A DNA stretch of 64,000 bases from a virus (lineage: Duplodnaviria > Caudoviricetes), in the IMG/VR virus record IMGVR_UViG_3300028048_000045, positions 96,001 to 160,000 of that record. The stretch is one strand, 5' to 3'. Positions within the stretch are counted from its first letter, which is position 1; every line of letters begins with the position of its first letter. Shown piece after piece: positions 58,284 through 64,000 of the stretch. A program made the translations under genes and the position numbers. The notes beneath the pieces are model-generated. The model saw only the letters and a program-made list of their open reading frames with translations, ran no database searches and was not told the origin of the DNA.

Positions 58284-58383
58284 AAATCTACCTCAAAAAT
58301 TTATATTTAAATGTCGAGCTTTAAAGAAAAAAAGAGAGGGATCAAATCCCTCTCTAAATTTAGTTCAATTAATCAAGTAACAT

Positions 58384-58617
58384 TTAAGACAGGCTATCAA
58401 CAATCGCTTTGATGACAATTACTGGCAACCATGTAAATGTGATTGTTAAAATCATATCTTGTATAGTTGCTTGTCTCCACAAAGCAGGTTGTTTTTTCCT
58501 AAAATTAGAATCATGGGTACATCTGATAAAATATATCAACCTTTCGATAAACATAAATACAGATGTGGCACAATAAACGACTAATAACGATATTAAGAAG
58601 AAATCACCATCAACCAT
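58384..58617 (-). CDS. Small two-TM membrane protein
   Basis: 77 aa with two hydrophobic segments, GGAGGG RBS. Confidence 0.6.
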   Translation of the reverse strand: MVDGDFFLISLLVVYCATSVFMFIERLIYFIRCTHDSNFRKKQPALWRQATIQDMILTITFTWLPVIVIKAIVDSLS

Positions 58618-58643
58618 TTATTCCCCTCCTTTTTTAGTTTTGA

Positions 58644-59489
58644 TTAATCAAATTTTGATTTCAATGCAGCAAGATGTTTATGAGCAATATCATGAAGTGA
58701 ACAGATATCCATTTCAACAATTGACTCTCTTTCTCCTTCTTTTGAACTGTCATCAACGATGATAAGATTGAAGATGAAAGTAGCATCGAAGATATCAATA
58801 GTTCTTTCAACTTCGCCCCATTCCTTAATAAGATTAAAGAATGTTTCAATGATACCCATATACTTAGAAATCAGTTTATCATTAAGATCCTCAATTTTCT
58901 TAGTAATAGTTTCAACTGCAGCATTAGTAGCTGCACCTCCAGTGCTCTGAAGTTTCTTAGCAGCCTGATCAGCAGCATTAAGTTCTGACTGAAGTTCAAT
59001 AATTTCGCGGCTACCAATGAATCCTGTAATATTTCCAGAATCATCGAATGTAGACAATGGAGCGAAATCTTTGATAGACAATTCTTTACAAATCAAACCT
59101 TTTGTAGGACTTGTAATAGCTGCCTTGAATTTAACTTCTTCAAAATCTTTTCCAATAACGTTATTACCATACATTCTGGCAAATCTATCATAGATAGAAA
59201 CCACGAATAAAGCAATGTCGTTCATCAGATTGAAATTGTTTGAAGCAATATCATTCTTAATACTTTCGATATTGAATGAAGCAGTGTCTGAAATTGAAAG
59301 GTTGATCAGATCTTCTTTTGAATTTGTAAGATCGTAAAAATTGTCACCTACAATACGTCTGATTGTCTGAATAGGTGCTTCAAAACGATCGATAACCATT
59401 TTAGATGACGGTTCCAATCCTTTGAAATAAATTCCTGTTGCTTCTTTAACAACTGGAGATGCTTTTTTATAAAAAGCGTGATTTATCAT
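58644..59489 (-). CDS. Hypothetical protein
   Basis: 281 aa, AGGAGG RBS. Confidence 0.7.
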   Translation of the reverse strand: MINHAFYKKASPVVKEATGIYFKGLEPSSKMVIDRFEAPIQTIRRIVGDNFYDLTNSKEDLINLSISDTASFNIESIKNDIASNNFNLMNDIALFVVSIYDRFARMYGNNVIGKDFEEVKFKAAITSPTKGLICKELSIKDFAPLSTFDDSGNITGFIGSREIIELQSELNAADQAAKKLQSTGGAATNAAVETITKKIEDLNDKLISKYMGIIETFFNLIKEWGEVERTIDIFDATFIFNLIIVDDSSKEGERESIVEMDICSLHDIAHKHLAALKSKFD

Positions 59490-59589
59490 ATTTTTCCTCC
59501 TATATGATAAAAATATTTTTAGTATTCTAGTAATATAATATATTAACCAAAAAAGGATAAGTTTTTAAGCTCATCCTTTTTTAATCATT

Positions 59590-62172
59590 TTATGAAGGAA
59601 TTTTCTGATGATTAACAAATGGATTATTATCTACTGTAACACCAGCTTTCTTCATAAGATCTGGTAATGATGTGTATTTAACATCATCTAAGAATTCGTA
59701 TGGATCAGGTTCATCAGTATCACCGATTTCCAAGCTAATTGCTGATAAGTACTGATTCAACATCTTTGCAGGTATATTATCAGTTACTTCATCATCAGCT
59801 AAAGGAAGATCATGAAGTCTTGTAGGATCTTCAAACATCAATGATCTAGCCATATCAGATCTTAATTGTGAATTTGTAGACTGTACAGCATAGAATCTGT
59901 TAACCTTTTCAGGATCAACAAGATTTTTAAGGTCATTATTATCCATATCGGACATCTGGTTACAAGTATCACCAAATGGTCTACCAACTTCAGATTTCTT
60001 AACAGATTTGTTAGGAAGTCCAAGTGGAGTAACAGAACCTAATGAACGTGCAGAGAAAGCAGCATCAGGCATCTGTTTAAGAACCATCATGTAAACATCA
60101 GCAATAATGATTTCGTGCTGAGATGTAAATTCACGAACCAATGTATGATCATCTTTCTTAAATACACGAGCTTTAGTAGTGTCGAAAGAATTATGTTTAT
60201 CAAGCTGATTTTCTTTGAATTCTTCTGAATTCCATTCAGATTCATATGCCTGGATATTATTGATGTAGCTTACCAAATCATCAGGTTCGAATGATTCGTC
60301 ACCGATATCTGATTCAGCAATTTCACCATCAGTCCAAACATAATCATCTACCCATTTATTGTCGTTATAAACATCTTTAGGAAGTTTAAGAACGTTTTTA
60401 TTATCGTTAATGTGTAAAATTCCAACTTCATCTGTAACATGTTTTACAGTTGTTTTAGTTTTCTTACCATCTTTAGTTTTGATAACTTTATCAACTGTTT
60501 GAAATATATAGTTATCAGCGATTTCCTTTACAGCATCAATATTTTCTGTTGAATCGTACATTGCTGCTAATTCTGGAGAAACATGATAAGTTCTACACAT
60601 CTTAACTTTAGAAGTTTTAATTTTATACTTTCTTGCAACTCTTTTAAGAATTTCCCATCCAATAGCATCGTGTGCTGGTGGATTATACATCATTATTCCT
60701 AAAGGAGATGTATAAAGATTATTAAGAAGTTCTTCTCTATCTCTATGAGGAATATTATTATAATATTTCTGCCAAAACTGACCCCATTCAGGACTCATAT
60801 CTTTGAGATATTCGAAGTACAACTTATATGAATCTTCCATAGTTTTCTGTTTCTTCATTCTACGAAGAATTTCATCAGAAATGTAACTTATAGTCTGGTC
60901 AAATAACTGATCTGGATTTGTTCGTCCAACAAGACCTGCAGAAGAACAAATAACTTCAGCACGTACACCATTCTTGTCGATAGGCATAAATTCATCAGGC
61001 CATACTTTACCGATTACGGCTTTTCCACCACATCTGTTAGTAAGTTTCATAGCAGATGTAAGACGCTGTTCTTCGGCAGTGTAAATTGTAATATGTGCAA
61101 ATTCAAAGTTACCTGTATTTGAAGAATACTTAATATTTGGAGTTATATAATTTCTTGCATTGAAAAGACACTGCTCCAAACGATCAGTAATATGATTAGA
61201 TTCATCATTTACAATTGGCTGCAACACATTTACAATTTCCTGATTATAACGCAACTGATCATTATAGATCTGCTGCAACTGCTCTCTATGTGGATCAGAA
61301 TTAAGTTCATCAACATCATTTACTTTGATATCAATATCGACTACCTGACCAAAAGCACCGAATTTATTATCAGTAATATGAAGAGTCTGTAAAGCCATAT
61401 CTGTAAAATCTGCAGATATATTTTTCTTATCCATTTTGCGAGTAGCAAATAATATACCTTTAGAGTTTACATATTCTCCTACCATAGGGAGAACTTTATA
61501 TTCCTGATTATTACCATAAATATTGAGAAGAACGTCATTTTTATTAATAACGTATTCTGTTTTGTTTACAGTATGGAATACAACACGTTTAGCAAAAGAT
61601 TCCGAAACTACAATTGAGTCTTCTTTTACTTCAGGAATTAACATAAAAGCTACTTTTGCATTGATTCCATAACGATAATTTCCAAATTCATCAAGAGAAT
61701 TAGCTTTATAAACTACATCGTCTTTTGTAATATATGAACCTGGTCCTTTAGCATCGTTATAAGAAAATGGTCTAAGAAAACCATGTTGATCTGAAAGTTT
61801 CTCATAATGTGAAACTTTGATAACATCGTAATTCTTTGTACCCTGCTCACGTACGACGAGAACATACGACATATCCTGAAATGATGAATGTCGATTAATC
61901 TTTGCAACAATTTCAAGATTTTTATCAGCCTTCATGTAAGAGTTAAGATACTTACCAAATTGTTTTTCCCAACCTGTAAAGTTTCTAGGACTCTCTGGAT
62001 TATCCAGCATCAAATGCTGTGTATAATGGACACTAAACATATGTTGTCGTGGTCCCGCTGCATGAAATGGGTGAGATAATAATCCGGTTGAAAATACTTT
62101 ATTAATATTTTCTCCAGAATATTGCTCAATAAGATACTTCATTTCCTCTTCTGTAATATTAGCACTATTCAC
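59590..62172 (-). CDS. Non-virion RNA polymerase beta C-terminal subunit
   Basis: GPRQHMFSVH..Q, YGINAKVAFM, EDSIVVSES, KLTNRCGGKAVIG, GLVGRTN, YMMVLKQ, FSARS.G; early motif 62215. Confidence 0.9.
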   Translation of the reverse strand: MNSANITEEEMKYLIEQYSGENINKVFSTGLLSHPFHAAGPRQHMFSVHYTQHLMLDNPESPRNFTGWEKQFGKYLNSYMKADKNLEIVAKINRHSSFQDMSYVLVVREQGTKNYDVIKVSHYEKLSDQHGFLRPFSYNDAKGPGSYITKDDVVYKANSLDEFGNYRYGINAKVAFMLIPEVKEDSIVVSESFAKRVVFHTVNKTEYVINKNDVLLNIYGNNQEYKVLPMVGEYVNSKGILFATRKMDKKNISADFTDMALQTLHITDNKFGAFGQVVDIDIKVNDVDELNSDPHREQLQQIYNDQLRYNQEIVNVLQPIVNDESNHITDRLEQCLFNARNYITPNIKYSSNTGNFEFAHITIYTAEEQRLTSAMKLTNRCGGKAVIGKVWPDEFMPIDKNGVRAEVICSSAGLVGRTNPDQLFDQTISYISDEILRRMKKQKTMEDSYKLYFEYLKDMSPEWGQFWQKYYNNIPHRDREELLNNLYTSPLGIMMYNPPAHDAIGWEILKRVARKYKIKTSKVKMCRTYHVSPELAAMYDSTENIDAVKEIADNYIFQTVDKVIKTKDGKKTKTTVKHVTDEVGILHINDNKNVLKLPKDVYNDNKWVDDYVWTDGEIAESDIGDESFEPDDLVSYINNIQAYESEWNSEEFKENQLDKHNSFDTTKARVFKKDDHTLVREFTSQHEIIIADVYMMVLKQMPDAAFSARSLGSVTPLGLPNKSVKKSEVGRPFGDTCNQMSDMDNNDLKNLVDPEKVNRFYAVQSTNSQLRSDMARSLMFEDPTRLHDLPLADDEVTDNIPAKMLNQYLSAISLEIGDTDEPDPYEFLDDVKYTSLPDLMKKAGVTVDNNPFVNHQKIPS

Positions 62173-62272
62173 TTATTTATCCTCCATAAATATTTTCCTG
62201 TTAAGTATTGTATAAATATATAATTAAAAAGTAAACTGGATGACCGAAATCATCCAGTTAACAAATAATATT

Positions 62273-62596
62273 TTAATTATTTATGGATACTTCTTTGTTT
62301 TTTTCAGCTTCTTCTTTCTGCTTATTGAAGAAAATTTCAAATGGACGCCATGTAGATTCTACACCATATTTCTTTTCAGCAATCTGTGCACGAGTCAGTG
62401 GCTTCTTAACTTTAGGTAGTTCTTTTTTATCTGAATCAGATTTATTTTCAGTTTTAGCAGCAGGTTTTTTGTTAGATGTTTTAACAACACGTTTAGCAAC
62501 TGGCTTCTTATCGACAGCTTCAGCTTTCTTTACGAAATCGTTACTGTTTCCTTTAACGACTTCTTTTGGTTCAGTTTTTTCATTTACTTCGTTCAT
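62273..62596 (-). CDS. Lys-rich small protein, possibly DNA-binding
   Basis: KKPVAKRVVK...KKPAAK repeats; GGGAG RBS. Confidence 0.6.
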   Translation of the reverse strand: MNEVNEKTEPKEVVKGNSNDFVKKAEAVDKKPVAKRVVKTSNKKPAAKTENKSDSDKKELPKVKKPLTRAQIAEKKYGVESTWRPFEIFFNKQKEEAEKNKEVSINN

Positions 62597-62654
62597 ACGA
62601 TGTTTTCTCCCATTATGATCAGAATTTTATATTAATATATAGTATACATTTTAA

Positions 62655-62830
62655 TTATTTATTAAACTGATACTTATCTGTAATCCGTGATTTTAAATTA
62701 TATGGTACAGGATTATTACATTTAGCATCAAAAGCTACTGTAAATTTCAAACGATCCAAATCTTTCCAATTCTTCCAATCATGAATAATGTAAAGATTTT
62801 TATCAAAATCTAATCCTTCAAATGTTTCAT
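62655..62830 (-). pseudogene. Frameshifted small gene (or one-base assembly error)
   Basis: AAGGAG then ATG AAA CAT stops after 6 codons, but the -1 frame is open for 58 codons (TFEGLDFDKNLYIIHDW...). Confidence 0.5.
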
Positions 62831-62893
62831 TAAATTAACTCCTTAAAAAATAAAGGGAGTAAAATACTCCCTTTGTATAATTTGATAGTTTGA

Positions 62894-64000
62894 TTACCAA
62901 TTATCACCACAGAGATATTCAGTTTCACCAACTTTTATTTCGTTAGTTGAATAAACTGGTATTTCTACTTTATTATCAATATATGGTTCATCAAATTCAG
63001 TAAGCATCATAATTTCATCTTCACCAAGAGTATTTGTATATCTCTCAACTCTTTCGAAACCATTAGCTACCATATCATGAATTTCAAAATATTCACCATC
63101 AATGATCCAACCATGATTTTCATATCCTGGATAATCCATAGAATAATGGAGGATCAAATAGATACGTGTTTCAAAATCAAGTTCTCCAAGAGCTTTAATA
63201 TCTGGAGGTAATTGATGAAGTAATACTTTACTTATCAGATACAAACGAGTTGTAAAGCTAAGAGCCCTTGCAAGAATTGGATCTTTATGACACAAATCCA
63301 TAAGAGTTTTACGTGTAAACTTGATTTCTGGAAGAATATCAAGATACATACCCATAGGATTACCAGAAATACCCCATTGACCTTCTTCATAGAGAATTTC
63401 AAAGTCTGTAAGTTCTGGTTTGTATCCTGTAGCAGAATCAAATACCATTGGATATCTTACACCTTCTGGACCATTCTTGTTTTTAAGCCAATCCATAAAT
63501 GCAATGATACCATGAACAGCATCTCCAAAGATTTTTGTTTTTTCATTAAACAATCTTTCTTTAACTGAGAGCTGACCAACGCAGAATGACTGATAAAGTA
63601 ATTCTGTACCACCCTTAACTTTCTGATTGTATTTCATACCAGGAAGCTGTGGCTTTGGTGGGTTATAACGATCAAGAACTGGAATTTCTACAAGGTGGTT
63701 AACCATTACGAGACAGATTTTTGCTTCTTCACAAAGTTTCTTAACTTCATTAATAAACATTGTGTTATCTTTAGCAATCTGCATAGCATCCATATTAGAT
63801 GTACCTGCAATTGTATCTGTACTCTTTACATTACCTTCTTTATCAAATTCGAGATCTGTTTTAGAGCGAACTGCAGCGATAGAGTCAATAAGAGCATAAG
63901 TTGTTGGAAGTACTTTAATTGTATCACCGGTAATAGATCTTATACCAGTGTTAATTTCCAATTCTTTTCTATGTGCAATTTTATTTCTAGCCAATACAGC
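62894..64000 (-). CDS. RecA/UvsX-like recombinase (partial; 5' end beyond window)
   Basis: Walker B YALIDSIAAV, LVMVNHL, KVKGG, KNKNGP; frame open to the window edge. Confidence 0.85.
   Translation of the reverse strand, partial: AVLARNKIAHRKELEINTGIRSITGDTIKVLPTTYALIDSIAAVRSKTDLEFDKEGNVKSTDTIAGTSNMDAMQIAKDNTMFINEVKKLCEEAKICLVMVNHLVEIPVLDRYNPPKPQLPGMKYNQKVKGGTELLYQSFCVGQLSVKERLFNEKTKIFGDAVHGIIAFMDWLKNKNGPEGVRYPMVFDSATGYKPELTDFEILYEEGQWGISGNPMGMYLDILPEIKFTRKTLMDLCHKDPILARALSFTTRLYLISKVLLHQLPPDIKALGELDFETRIYLILHYSMDYPGYENHGWIIDGEYFEIHDMVANGFERVERYTNTLGEDEIMMLTEFDEPYIDNKVEIPVYSTNEIKVGETEYLCGDNW

Noticed and set aside
25485-62172. Group I introns or inteins in RNAP, gyrase or polymerase genes
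   Set aside because: Reading frames are continuous and no C...HN/C intein termini or embedded homing endonucleases were seen.
1-64000. Stop-codon reassignment
   Set aside because: Conserved genes are intact in the standard code and TAG ends several genes (7959, 14172, 25485, 28231).
1-64000. CRISPR array
   Set aside because: Repeats are dispersed promoters and terminators, not regularly spaced repeat-spacer units; no cas genes.

Overview
AT-rich, gene-dense segment of a phiKZ-related jumbo myophage genome, most similar in organisation to the AR9/PBS1/phiR1-37 type. Almost all genes are on the minus strand, with strong AGGAG/GAGG ribosome-binding sites. It encodes six split beta/beta' subunits of two multisubunit RNA polymerases (virion and non-virion), the catalytic half of a split family-B DNA polymerase, a GroEL-like chaperonin, a tubulin/FtsZ-family protein, a GyrA/ParC subunit, a RecA/UvsX recombinase (partial), a probable portal protein and tail/baseplate genes. 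Two promoter classes are readable directly: TTATATATT (about 15 copies, early/replication genes) and RACA-N6-TATA (11 exact copies, structural and virion-RNAP genes), the latter resembling the AR9 uracil-dependent late promoter. Most notable observations: (1) a family of probable head-packaged proteins sharing an N-terminal MINNDKIF-S/A-x-E propeptide, carrying a kinase, a HAD phosphatase and membrane proteins, plus a separate polyprotein-like gene with a toxin-like domain; (2) shufflable early-gene cassettes with covarying 5' stem-loops and duplicated terminators; (3) a likely programmed -1 frameshift in a CxxC assembly chaperone; (4) a nested spanin-like gene pair sharing one RBS. All assignments come from motif recognition by eye; no searches were run.
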